A stretch of 41,615 nt of DNA from a virus (lineage: Duplodnaviria; Caudoviricetes): positions 1-41,615 of the IMG/VR virus record IMGVR_UViG_3300025018_000257; one strand, 5' to 3'. Shown here piece by piece: positions 18,484 to 27,845 of this stretch; the first letter of the stretch is position 1; each line of letters starts with the position of its first letter. The translations under genes were made by a program, and so were the position numbers. Below the pieces are notes generated by a model. That model worked only from the letters and a program-made list of their open reading frames with translations. It made no database searches and was not told the origin of the DNA.

Positions 18484-20690
18484 TGGGCACCCATCACCTG
18501 CAGGCGAGTTTCAACGGGGCGCAGATCTCGCGCCGGCTGCAGGCGCGCGCGGATCTCGGCATCTACGGCATCGCGGTGCAGGAAATGACCAACATGGTCG
18601 GCGCGATCGACGGGGCGGCGGTAAAGCGGCCCGGTACCTGGTACCGCGCCGCGGCGCTGGCGACGGCCGCGCGGCTGACCCCGTTCGTGTTCAACGCGAC
18701 GCAGGCCTATGTGATCGAGTGGAGCGATGCGGTGCTGCGCTTCGTGACCAACGACGCGCTGGTGATGGACGGCCCCGACCCGCTCGAGGTGGTGGTGCCG
18801 TACAGCGCGGCCGAGGCGGCGCGGGTGTCCTACGAGCAATCGGGCGACGTGCTCTACCTGGCGCACGGCAGCCACCAGCAGGCGGCGCTGTCGCGCACCG
18901 CGGCCGACGCCTTCACCTATGCCGCGATCGACCTGGTCGGCGGGCCGTTCGGCGACGTCAACGACGACGACGCGATCACCGTCTCGGCCGCGGGCGTGCT
19001 GACCGAAGGCGGCGCGGTGACGCTGACCGCCAGCGCGGCAATCTTCGCCGCCGGCCACGTCGGCGGCAGGATCCGCATCGAGGCGCGTGACTTCGCGGCG
19101 ATCAAGGCATGGCAGGAAGGCATTGACGGCATCACCATCGGCACCTTCCGGCGCAGCGAGGGGCGGGTTTACGAGGCGGCGAGCGCCGGGCGCACCGGGT
19201 ACGAGCAGCCGGTACACGTCGAGGGCAGCGAGTGGGACGGCGACGCCACCGGCCAGGATATCAACGCCAAGGGCCCCTACGGCGTGTTGTGGAGCTATGC
19301 CTACGACCGCTTCGGGATCGTCAAGATCACCGGATTTACCAGCGCGACCCAGGCGACCGGCACGGTCGAACGGACACTGCCCGCCAGCCTTGCCACCACC
19401 GCCTCGCCCTTGTGGGCCTTCGGGCTGTTCTCGGCCGAGGAAGGCTGGCCCGAGCACGTGTGGCTGTGGCGCGGGCGGCTGTGGTATATCCGCGATTTCG
19501 AGCTCGCCGGTTCGGTGGCGGGATCGTACCGCGATTTCAACGAGTACGACGCCAGCGGCGAGCGGCAGACCGACATGGGCATCCGCCTGCGGATGGATAT
19601 CACCGACAAGGTGCTGTGGGTGCGCGCCGATCGCGACACGGTGATCCTCGGCACCGCGCGCGGCGAATACGCGATCAAGGCGATCAACCCTTCGGAGGGG
19701 ATCAGTTCGTCGAATCTCAAGATCGAGCCGCAGCGGCGCCACGGCTCGGCCGAGGTGTGGCCGATCGAGGCCGGCGGCGAGACGTTTTTCGTCCAGCGCG
19801 GGGGCAAGAAGGTCCGCGCCACGGCATACGAATTCTCCGAGGATCGCTACACCGGCCGCTGGGCCAACGTCTATGCGCGCCACGTGAGCCGTTCGGGGAT
19901 CGTCGAGCTGGGATACCAGGCCGAGCCCGAGGAGCTGGTGTACGCGCTGCGCGCCGACGGGACCATGGCGGCGCACGGCTACAGCCCCGAGCAGGAGGTC
20001 AAGGGCTGGTCGACCGCGGTGGAGATCGAGGACGCGCAGATCCTCTCGCGCACCGAGATCCCTTCGCCCGACGGCGCGCTCGACGACATGTGGCTGCTGG
20101 TCGACCGCGCCGGCGTGCGCTCGCTCGAGCAGCTCGGCGACTGGTGGGACGACGAGGATCCTCCGGCGCTCGAGGATGCGATGTTCCTCGACAGTGCGCT
20201 GCTCTACGACGGCGCCGCGACGACGAGTTTCGCGGGGGTCGATCACCTTGCCGGCGAGACGGTGCCGGTGCTGGCCGACGGGGTCGAGCAGCTGGTCGAG
20301 GTGCAGGGGGACGGCACGTTCGAGCTGGAAGCGGCGGCGAGCAAGGTGCTGATCGGGCGCTACTACACCGCGCGCCTGGTGCCGCTGGCACCAGCGATCG
20401 AGCTGCGCGATGGCACGGCCATGGGGCGGCTGCGCAAGACGATCGGCATGTCGCTCTACGTGCTTGACAGCGCGATGGTGAAGCTCGGCCGCCTGGGCGC
20501 GGCGGCGCTGTCGCTGGTGTTTCCCTGGACTGCCACCACGCCGATGAGCGGGCCGCCGCTGCAGAGCGGGTGGAGCGAGCCAAAAATGCCGGGCCTCTCG
20601 CCCGGCCGCAACGAACGCGAGACGATCGAGGACCGCAGCGCCTATCCGCTGGTGCTGCCGGCGATCGTGCGCGAGGTGGACGTGGGATGA
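18483..20690 (+). CDS. Tail tubular protein B (nozzle)
   Basis: SFNGAQISRRL, KRPGT, EQSGDVLYLAH, GWP, FFVQRGG, EQEVKGW. Confidence 0.85.
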   Translation: MGTHHLQASFNGAQISRRLQARADLGIYGIAVQEMTNMVGAIDGAAVKRPGTWYRAAALATAARLTPFVFNATQAYVIEWSDAVLRFVTNDALVMDGPDPLEVVVPYSAAEAARVSYEQSGDVLYLAHGSHQQAALSRTAADAFTYAAIDLVGGPFGDVNDDDAITVSAAGVLTEGGAVTLTASAAIFAAGHVGGRIRIEARDFAAIKAWQEGIDGITIGTFRRSEGRVYEAASAGRTGYEQPVHVEGSEWDGDATGQDINAKGPYGVLWSYAYDRFGIVKITGFTSATQATGTVERTLPASLATTASPLWAFGLFSAEEGWPEHVWLWRGRLWYIRDFELAGSVAGSYRDFNEYDASGERQTDMGIRLRMDITDKVLWVRADRDTVILGTARGEYAIKAINPSEGISSSNLKIEPQRRHGSAEVWPIEAGGETFFVQRGGKKVRATAYEFSEDRYTGRWANVYARHVSRSGIVELGYQAEPEELVYALRADGTMAAHGYSPEQEVKGWSTAVEIEDAQILSRTEIPSPDGALDDMWLLVDRAGVRSLEQLGDWWDDEDPPALEDAMFLDSALLYDGAATTSFAGVDHLAGETVPVLADGVEQLVEVQGDGTFELEAAASKVLIGRYYTARLVPLAPAIELRDGTAMGRLRKTIGMSLYVLDSAMVKLGRLGAAALSLVFPWTATTPMSGPPLQSGWSEPKMPGLSPGRNERETIEDRSAYPLVLPAIVREVDVG

Positions 20691-21160
20691 TGCGGATCCG
20701 CCCTTTCCGGCCGACCGATATCGTCGCCATCGAGCAGCAGGCGAGCCAGCGCGGGGTGCTGGGGATCTACGAGCCGCAGGTGAGCCTGCGGCACGGTTAC
20801 GAGCTGGAAGCCATGGGCCCAGCCTACACCGCCGAAATCGCCGGTGGGCGGGTGCTGGCGGTGGCCGGGCTGGGCGAGGTGTTTCTCGATCGGCAGGCGA
20901 CGGCCTGGGCGATCTTTGCCGAAGGTTGGTGGGCTGCGGTCGATCGCCGGGCAGTGGTGCGCGCGCTGCGCGCCGGGCTGCAGACGGCGCCGTTCGCGCG
21001 CATCGAGGTGCTGGCGCGCATGGCACGGCCGGCCGAGATCCGCTTCCTCGAGTTTATCGGCTTCACCCGCCGCGCGGTACTCGAGCAATGGGGACCGCGC
21101 AGCGAGGCGGTGATGCTGCTTGACCGGCTTGGCCCGGTCCCGGTGCAGGAGAACGACTGA
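20687..21160 (+). CDS. GNAT-fold virion assembly protein (T7 gp13-like)
   Basis: IRPFRPTD, VLAVAG, RFLEFIGF; syntenic position. Confidence 0.7.
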   Translation: MMRIRPFRPTDIVAIEQQASQRGVLGIYEPQVSLRHGYELEAMGPAYTAEIAGGRVLAVAGLGEVFLDRQATAWAIFAEGWWAAVDRRAVVRALRAGLQTAPFARIEVLARMARPAEIRFLEFIGFTRRAVLEQWGPRSEAVMLLDRLGPVPVQEND

Positions 21161-21588
21161 TGCAGGCCGCAGTACCCTTGATGGTTGCCAGCGCGGTGGT
21201 CGGCGCCGCCGGTACGGTGGCGAGCGGGTTCCAGAACGCCTCGGTGTTCAATGCGCAGGCGCGCGAGGAACAAGCCATGGGCGTAGCCGAGCGGACGCAG
21301 ATCCGCGCCGCTTCGCGCGCGCAGATGGGGGTGCAGGTGATTCGCCAGGCCGAGAGCGGTTTCGCGCCCGGCATGGGCTCGGCGCTGGCCGATCTCGAGG
21401 AAAGCCTGGTCAACCGCGAGCTGGACCTGCTGATGAGCAAGCGCAATGCCAACACGCGCGCCGCAGGGCTTAAGGCGCAGGCGAAGATGGCCAAGATTGG
21501 CGGCATCATGGGCGGGGTGTCGCAGCTGCTCGGCGGCGCGGCCGCGGTGGGGCAGCACAGCAGCCAGATGGCAGCAGCAGGGAGCTAG
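21160..21588 (+). CDS. Internal virion/ejection protein (gp14-like)
   Basis: Ala/Gly-rich hydrophobic ends, helical core; syntenic position. Confidence 0.7.
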   Translation: MQAAVPLMVASAVVGAAGTVASGFQNASVFNAQAREEQAMGVAERTQIRAASRAQMGVQVIRQAESGFAPGMGSALADLEESLVNRELDLLMSKRNANTRAAGLKAQAKMAKIGGIMGGVSQLLGGAAAVGQHSSQMAAAGS

Positions 21589-21592
21589 GCCG

Positions 21593-23662
21593 ATGCCCGA
21601 CGATACCTACCGCGCTCAGGTGGCGCCGCAGCGCGGAACCGGCACGTTGCCGTTCGCACGGCCGGAAACCTACGGCGCCGGCGTGGCTGATGCGCTGATG
21701 CAAGGCAGCCAGGTGCTGGGCCAGATGGCGGTGCAGGACCGTGCGCTCGAGACGCAGCGCAACCGCGATTTCCAGGCGACGGCTGCCGCGCTCGAGTTCG
21801 CGCAGATCCAGCAGGAGCTGGACGAATTTGCGCTGCAGACGCAGGAGGAAGTCGATGCCGGCGGCAGTGGCTACCGGCAGCTGATCGAGGCGCGGATCGC
21901 CGAGCGGCAAACGAGCTTTCTCGCCGGCATTGCCGACGATCGGGTGCGGCAGCAGTATGCCGCACGGTTCGCGGCCTGGAGCGGCGAGGCGCTGGTTACC
22001 GCCGAGGCCTGGCAGCGCGGCCGTGCCGCCGGGCAGGTGGTGACCAATCACCGCGAGACGGTGAACATTCGCGCCAACCGGGCAACGCGCGCCGACCAGG
22101 TCGGCTTTACCCGCGAGATCGCCGAGCATCGCGCCGACGTCGCCGCGCTCGAGCATGTGCCGGCCAACATTCGCGAGGCTCTCGATCGCGAAGGGGTGGC
22201 ACAAATCAGTGCCAGCTGGATTGGTTCGCGACCGCCGGCGGAACGCTTTGTCCTGCTCGACAGCGGTCTATTTGACCAGCTCGACCCTGGCGTGATTGAA
22301 CAGTTGCGCAGCCAGGCCGAGGTCGACCAGCGCCGCGCGGCAGTAGAAGCCGAAGCGCAGGCGCGCGCGCGACAGGCCGAGGTCACGTCAGTGGTCGACG
22401 AGCTGCTCGACGATTACCGCGCCGGGGTGCCGCGTAGCGAGGCCGACCTGACCGAAGGCTACAACATGGCCGTCGAGGCCGGGCTGGACGACGATGCGCG
22501 CGATTTGCGTGGGGCGATCATGGGCAATCGTGCGCTGCAGGCCTATGAGCGCGCGACCCCGCCGCAGATCGACGCCGAGATCATCCGCCTCAACCAGCAG
22601 CTGCGCGAAACCGAGGACGTCGACCAGCAGCGCGACATCGTCGCCCAGCGGGATGCCCTTACCGGGCTGCGCGATCGCCGGCAGGCGCAGCTGACGGATA
22701 ATCCTTCTGCCTTCGCTGCCGACCTGGGGGTGGACTGGCCAGAGCTGGATTTCGGCGATCCCGCAACTGTCGCAGCGCGCCGTCGCGCAGCACAGTCGCT
22801 GTCCGAGGCAACGGGGACTCCGGCGCAATACCTGACCGCGGCCGAGGTTGGGCAACTGCGCGCCAACGTCGGTTCTCTCGATGGCCAGCGAGCGGTGCTT
22901 GACCTTGCGCGCGCGTTCGGCGGGCAGGCCGGCGCCGCGGTGATCCGGCAGGTGGACAGCGATGATTACCTACTGCTGCATGCGGTATCGCTCAACGACG
23001 ACTATGCCGCGCGCGCCTTGCAGGGCCGTGATCTTCTGGCGCGCGACGTGGTGAGCATTCCGTCAGACTTCGATCAGCGCTACGCGGAATTCGTTGGCGG
23101 TGCCTTTACCGACATGTCGGCTGCGGCACAGGGCGGCCGGCGCGATGCCGCGCGCTCGCTCTATGCCTATTACGCGCAGCGCCACGGACTGTCGCGGGAA
23201 CAGACCGATGTGGAGTGGCTGCGCACGGCGGTGCAGCATGCGGTCAACCGTCGCGCGCCCCAGGGTGGGCTTACGACCTGGGAAGGCTATCGCGTAGAGC
23301 TGCCGCAGAACATGACGGCTGAAAGTTTCGACCGTCGCCTGGCCAACATTCGCAACACTACCGGCTTCTGGTCGGACGGCGAAACGCCGGTTACCGGGCG
23401 GCAGTTGCGCGAGGATTTCTACCCGGTGCGGCAGGGCAACGGCTTCTATGCTTTCCGTCGCCGCGGCGGCAATACCTACGTACTCAACGATCGCGGCGGT
23501 CGGTGGATGGCCGACATTGCCACTATCGCCCCTCTCGCCGCCCAGGCCCAGGAGCCGCCGGCCCCGCGCCGCGCCCAGCCCAATTACCGGATTGGTGGCG
23601 ATCCTGCGCCGGTCGATCCGAACCGGCCGCAGCCGAATTATCGCATCGGCGGGAGCGACTAG
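21593..23662 (+). CDS. Internal virion/ejection protein (gp15-like)
   Basis: 689-aa helical protein in the ejection module; ends with two QPNYRIGG repeats. Confidence 0.7.
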   Translation: MPDDTYRAQVAPQRGTGTLPFARPETYGAGVADALMQGSQVLGQMAVQDRALETQRNRDFQATAAALEFAQIQQELDEFALQTQEEVDAGGSGYRQLIEARIAERQTSFLAGIADDRVRQQYAARFAAWSGEALVTAEAWQRGRAAGQVVTNHRETVNIRANRATRADQVGFTREIAEHRADVAALEHVPANIREALDREGVAQISASWIGSRPPAERFVLLDSGLFDQLDPGVIEQLRSQAEVDQRRAAVEAEAQARARQAEVTSVVDELLDDYRAGVPRSEADLTEGYNMAVEAGLDDDARDLRGAIMGNRALQAYERATPPQIDAEIIRLNQQLRETEDVDQQRDIVAQRDALTGLRDRRQAQLTDNPSAFAADLGVDWPELDFGDPATVAARRRAAQSLSEATGTPAQYLTAAEVGQLRANVGSLDGQRAVLDLARAFGGQAGAAVIRQVDSDDYLLLHAVSLNDDYAARALQGRDLLARDVVSIPSDFDQRYAEFVGGAFTDMSAAAQGGRRDAARSLYAYYAQRHGLSREQTDVEWLRTAVQHAVNRRAPQGGLTTWEGYRVELPQNMTAESFDRRLANIRNTTGFWSDGETPVTGRQLREDFYPVRQGNGFYAFRRRGGNTYVLNDRGGRWMADIATIAPLAAQAQEPPAPRRAQPNYRIGGDPAPVDPNRPQPNYRIGGSD

Positions 23663-26600
23663 GTGCCGCAGAACCAGGACATTTACGAGGAAGGCTACCG
23701 GCCGCTGCTCGAGCGTGGCGAGATTGCGCCGCAGAGCCTGGGCGACGTGTTCGAGGCCAACCGGACCATCGCGCGCGCCGACAACAGCAATTACCTGGAT
23801 CTGATCTACGATGAGGAATTGCGGCCGGTGCTGGAGGCAGTCAACGACGTGCGCCGGGCGCAGGGGCTGACCACGATCCTGCCCCCCAGCATGGGCTATC
23901 TGCCCGGCGGAACACTGGCGGATCTGCAGCAGGTAACCAGCGCGCAGGCTGCCCGCGCCGGCATGACGCGCGGCGATCGCCGCGCGGCAGGGCAGGCGAT
24001 CCTAGACGAAGTGGCGCGGATCCAGCGCAGCGATCCGCAGTTCCTTGCCGGTACCGCGCTGCAGCTCGACGAGTACCTGGCGCCGCGATTAGAGCGCGAG
24101 CAGGCGACGCGCGCTGAGGCGTTCGGGGTAGCTGCTGGTGCCCGCGGCGTAATTGGTACCGCAGTGGGCTTTGGTGGCGGCATGATCGCTGCGCTCGAGG
24201 ATCCGGTGGTGCAGGCAACACTGCCGTTCGGCGGGGCCGGCCGCAGCGCGGCAATGCGGATCCTGACCGAAGGCGGGGTGCAGTCCTTCCTCGAGCTGAC
24301 TTTGCAGGGCAACGTGCGCGAGAACCGTGCAGCCCTGGGCGAGCAGCTGACCGGCGGGGAAATGGCGGTGAACGTCGGGTCGGCGTTCGTGCTGGGGTCA
24401 CTGTTCCAAGGCGCATTCGAGGGCGGCCGCCTAGCCTACGACCGGCTGACGCCGCGCGAGCTGCGCCTAGCGCGCGCGCTCGAGCAGGACGTGAGCATGG
24501 CCCAGATCGACCGCGAGGCACTGCTGCGCGAGGCGCTGCAGGCGTTCGACCCCGAGGAACAGGCGCAGCTTATCCTGGCCACCGGCCGCGAGCTGACACC
24601 GCAGGAATCGGGCGCGCTGCTGCAGTGGCAGCGCCAGGTCGAAATCGACGCCGCCAATCCGTTCGCGCCGATCGGCGAAGGGCGGGCGCAGTTCGAGGAC
24701 CGGCTGACCGCGGCGCTGGATACCCTGCTGCACGGCGTTCCCGACGACGTACCTGCCCCTCTGCGCGCGGCGCCTGGTCCGGCGCCGAGGGTCGATCCGC
24801 CGGCGGCACCGGCGCGGCCAGCAGTAGCTGGTGCGGCCGGGCCCTTCGACATGGCGAGCTACCTTGCCCGCAACCGCACGGCGGAGAGCGGCGGCAACGA
24901 CACGGCCGCGGCCGAGTCCTCGAGCGCCTACGGCCGTTACCAGTTCCTGACTGACACCTGGATCGAGTTCTACCGCCGCACCTTCGGCGACACCGGCGAA
25001 AGTCGCGCGCAGATCCTCCGTAAGCGCGCCGATGGCGCGGTACAGGACCGGGTAATGGCGACCTTCACCCAGGCAAACCTGCAGTCGATCGAGGGTGCTG
25101 GCTTTGCGGCGACGCAGGGCAACGCCTACCTGGCGCATTTCCTCGGCGCCGGCGACGCGCTGCGGGTACTGCGCGCGGATCCCGACGCGCCGATCGGCGA
25201 GGTTGTCACGGCCGCTTCGATCCGCGCCAACCCGGCGGTGTTCCGCGATATCGAAACCGCCAGCGAGCTGATTGCCTGGGCGCATCGCAAGATGGGCGGC
25301 GAGGCGGCCAGCGTGGGCCGCGGCGGCCGGGTGAGCGGCGAGGGCGGGGTCAGCCGGGGCGCGGTGCTGCGCGAGGAAGCGGCGCAGCTGCGGCGCGAGG
25401 CGGCCATGATCGACGATCTCGGGCCGGTGGCGTTCGAGCGGTTCGACCCGGCCGATATCGAGGTCGACGCGGGGCTGATGCAGTTCAAGGCTGGCGGCGA
25501 CGAGTTCGGGGTGACCGACCGGCTGCAGGGAGTATCGCGCTGGAACCCGATGCTGGCCGGGCGGGTGATCGTGTGGGAAGCCGAGGACGGCCGCCGGCTG
25601 ATCGCCGACGGGCACCAGCGGCTCGGACTGGCGCGGCGGATCGCGGCGCAGAACGACGGGCAGGAAGTGCTGCTCGACGCGCTGGTGCTGCGCGAGCGCG
25701 ACGGATGGGACGCCGAGACGGTGCGTACCTGGGCGGCGCTCAAGAACATTGCCGAGGGCAGCGGCTCGACGATCGACGCGGCCAAGGTGCTGCAGGGAAT
25801 CGCGCGCGAGGAATGGGCCAAGTACCTGCCGCCGCGATCGGCGCTGGTGCGCGATGCCGAGGCGCTGGTGCGCCTGGGCGACGATGCGTTCGGCATGGTG
25901 GTCAACGAGCTGGTCGATCCGGCGCATGCCGCGGTGGTGGGCCGCCTGGCCAGCGACCCCGGCGAGCAGAAGGCGCTGATGGATCTGCTGCTGCGGCTGT
26001 CGCCGCGCACGATCGGCGAAGCCGAGGGCGTGGTGCGGCAGGGCATGGCGGCGGGCTTCGCGCGCGAGACGCAGGAGGACATGTTCGGCGCGCTCGATTC
26101 GACGACGAGCCTGTTCGTCGAGCGCGCGCGCGTGCTCGACCGGGGGCTTGCGGAATTGCGCAAGATGCGGCAGGTGTTCGGCAGCGCCGCGCGCAACGCC
26201 GACACGCTCGAAAGCGCCGGCAACCGCATCGACCGCGAGCGCAGCGCGCAGGAGATCGAGGACAATGCCCGCGCGCTCGAGCTGGTACGGCGAAGCGCCT
26301 GGAGCGCGGGCCCGGTAAAGGATGCGATCGACGCAGGCGCAAGGAGGCTGGCAGATGGCGAACGGATCGGAGAAGTCGTCAAGGAATTCGTCGCCGCCGT
26401 CAGGCAGCTCGACCTCGACGATCTCGCCCGCCTTGCAGGATCCGGCGAAGGTGCGGCGCGGGGTGGCCTCGCTGATGGAGCTGGACGCGCAGGCGGGGCT
26501 GCAGAAGCGGATGCGCAGTTATTCGCGCGCGATGGGGATCCGGCAGACCAGGCAGAGCTGACGCCGGAGGGCGACCGGGTCGACCCGGTCGACGGGGCCT

Positions 26601-27751
26601 GGCCGAGCCGCGACGAGCTGGAGGCCGCAGGGCAGGATGCGTTCGGCTTCGGCGACGATCCGCTCGACGGCTTTGCCGAGCCTGATGCGCCGGCGACACA
26701 GGCCCAGGCAGAAAGCATCGCCCATGACGTGCGCCAGCAGCTGGCACTTGACAGCGAGGATATCGGCACCACATTGGCGGCACGGATCGACGAGGATTTC
26801 GACGAATACCGCAATCTCTACGACCAGATCGACGACGCCGATACCGGCCTGACGACCGAGGGCGGTCGCGTCCTCAACACCGACCTGGCACGCGAGTTGT
26901 CGCCCGAGTACCGGGCGGATCGTTCGCGTTCGCAGGAGGTGCACGAAGCGGCGAGCGCCTTCGTCAAGCGGCTCTATGCAGCGCGGCTCGCCGAGGAGCC
27001 GCCGCCGGGCCGCGACCGCGAAGTGCTGTTCACCGCTGGCGGGACCGGCGCGGGCAAGTCGACCGGGCTCAAGGTGCTCGGCGGCGAGAACGCGGGTATC
27101 ATCTACGATACCAACATGAACACGCTGGCCAGCGCGGTGACCAAGATCGAGCAGGCGCTCGACGCCGGGTGGGACGTGGATATCGTCTATACCTACCGCG
27201 AGCCGATCGAGGCGCTGGTGAACGGCGCCTTGCCGCGGGCCGAGCGGATGGGGCGCACGGTGCCGGCCGCGGTGCACGTGGAAACCCATGTCGGCGCGCG
27301 CGCGGTGATCGGCCAGCTGGCCGAACGCTATGCCGGCAACGAGCGGGTGCGGATCCGCGCGATCGACAACAGCCGCGGTCGCGGCAATGCGCGCGAAGTG
27401 GCGCTTGCGGATCTGCCCGAAGTGAAGGAAGAAGGGCTTTATGAGCAATCAGTCAGGGAAATCGTCGCAGCCCATGAGCGCGGAGCAATTACTGCGCGCA
27501 CGCTGGCAGGATCTGTCCCCGGCGCAGCAGGCCGAGCGGGCCCGGCTGCGCGAGCAGCGGTCGGCCGAGCGGATGCAGCGGGTGGTGGACAGTCTCAACC
27601 AGCACACGGCGACCAGGCACTAGCCGCCGCGCTCGAGGCCGAGCGCACCAGCCTGTTCACGATCGACGGCGAGGAGCGGCAGCTGGGCGACATGCTCGAC
27701 CAGCACGATACCGCGATGAAGGCGATCGAGGCGGCACGGCGGTGCCTGTAG
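23663..27751 (+). CDS. Polyvalent internal virion protein: lysozyme/transglycosylase-like + ParB-like + zeta-toxin-like kinase domains
   Basis: ESGGN...AYGRYQF...YLAHFLG (~24850-25290); IVWE...LIADGHQR (~25570-25620); VLNTD, TAGGTGAGKST, IYDTN, RAERMGRTVP, IDNS (~26870-27370). Confidence 0.85.
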   Translation: MPQNQDIYEEGYRPLLERGEIAPQSLGDVFEANRTIARADNSNYLDLIYDEELRPVLEAVNDVRRAQGLTTILPPSMGYLPGGTLADLQQVTSAQAARAGMTRGDRRAAGQAILDEVARIQRSDPQFLAGTALQLDEYLAPRLEREQATRAEAFGVAAGARGVIGTAVGFGGGMIAALEDPVVQATLPFGGAGRSAAMRILTEGGVQSFLELTLQGNVRENRAALGEQLTGGEMAVNVGSAFVLGSLFQGAFEGGRLAYDRLTPRELRLARALEQDVSMAQIDREALLREALQAFDPEEQAQLILATGRELTPQESGALLQWQRQVEIDAANPFAPIGEGRAQFEDRLTAALDTLLHGVPDDVPAPLRAAPGPAPRVDPPAAPARPAVAGAAGPFDMASYLARNRTAESGGNDTAAAESSSAYGRYQFLTDTWIEFYRRTFGDTGESRAQILRKRADGAVQDRVMATFTQANLQSIEGAGFAATQGNAYLAHFLGAGDALRVLRADPDAPIGEVVTAASIRANPAVFRDIETASELIAWAHRKMGGEAASVGRGGRVSGEGGVSRGAVLREEAAQLRREAAMIDDLGPVAFERFDPADIEVDAGLMQFKAGGDEFGVTDRLQGVSRWNPMLAGRVIVWEAEDGRRLIADGHQRLGLARRIAAQNDGQEVLLDALVLRERDGWDAETVRTWAALKNIAEGSGSTIDAAKVLQGIAREEWAKYLPPRSALVRDAEALVRLGDDAFGMVVNELVDPAHAAVVGRLASDPGEQKALMDLLLRLSPRTIGEAEGVVRQGMAAGFARETQEDMFGALDSTTSLFVERARVLDRGLAELRKMRQVFGSAARNADTLESAGNRIDRERSAQEIEDNARALELVRRSAWSAGPVKDAIDAGARRLADGERIGEVVKEFVAAVRQLDLDDLARLAGSGEGAARGGLADGAGRAGGAAEADAQLFARDGDPADQAELTPEGDRVDPVDGAWPSRDELEAAGQDAFGFGDDPLDGFAEPDAPATQAQAESIAHDVRQQLALDSEDIGTTLAARIDEDFDEYRNLYDQIDDADTGLTTEGGRVLNTDLARELSPEYRADRSRSQEVHEAASAFVKRLYAARLAEEPPPGRDREVLFTAGGTGAGKSTGLKVLGGENAGIIYDTNMNTLASAVTKIEQALDAGWDVDIVYTYREPIEALVNGALPRAERMGRTVPAAVHVETHVGARAVIGQLAERYAGNERVRIRAIDNSRGRGNAREVALADLPEVKEEGLYEQSVREIVAAHERGAITARTLAGSVPGAAGRAGPAARAAVGRADAAGGGQSQPAHGDQALAAALEAERTSLFTIDGEERQLGDMLDQHDTAMKAIEAARRCL
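26355..26561 (+). CDS. Nested +1-frame small protein (68 aa) after the ParB-like module; putative immunity/inhibitor
   Basis: AGGAGG at 26342-26347, 7 nt before ATG, formed by rare AGG-AGG codons of the host gene; G/C-ending codon bias shifts to the +1 frame. Confidence 0.65.
   Translation: MANGSEKSSRNSSPPSGSSTSTISPALQDPAKVRRGVASLMELDAQAGLQKRMRSYSRAMGIRQTRQS
27441..27623 (+). CDS. Nested +1-frame small protein (60 aa) after the zeta-like domain; putative antitoxin
   Basis: AAGGAAGAAGGG before ATG; host frame switches to A/T-ending codons while the +1 frame reads CTG/GAG/CAG/CGG; charged helical product. Confidence 0.65.
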   Translation: MSNQSGKSSQPMSAEQLLRARWQDLSPAQQAERARLREQRSAERMQRVVDSLNQHTATRH

Positions 27752-27778
27752 TCTTGGGGCCTGTAGGCGCCAGCGGTC

Positions 27779-27808
27779 GGTTTGGATGAAGCCCGCGCGC
27801 GGGTGATA
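27779..27808 (+). promoter_or_regulatory. Putative late promoter, copy 4
   Basis: 12-mer at 27779-27790, TA at 27807. Confidence 0.75.
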
Positions 27809-27845
27809 GGCAGCGGGCTTCCCAGGACGCCCGAGGATCCAGACC

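Noticed and set aside
23660-23662. Genome-wide amber recoding
   Set aside because: Many clear genes (primase, helicase, scaffold, capsid) end in TAG and no suppressor tRNA is present.
24625-26475. Other same-strand alternative-frame ORFs in the polyvalent gene (24625-24954, 25573-26475, 25749-25979)
   Set aside because: Arg/Gly/Ala-rich shadow composition, no convincing RBS, and the main frame mostly keeps its normal codon bias there.
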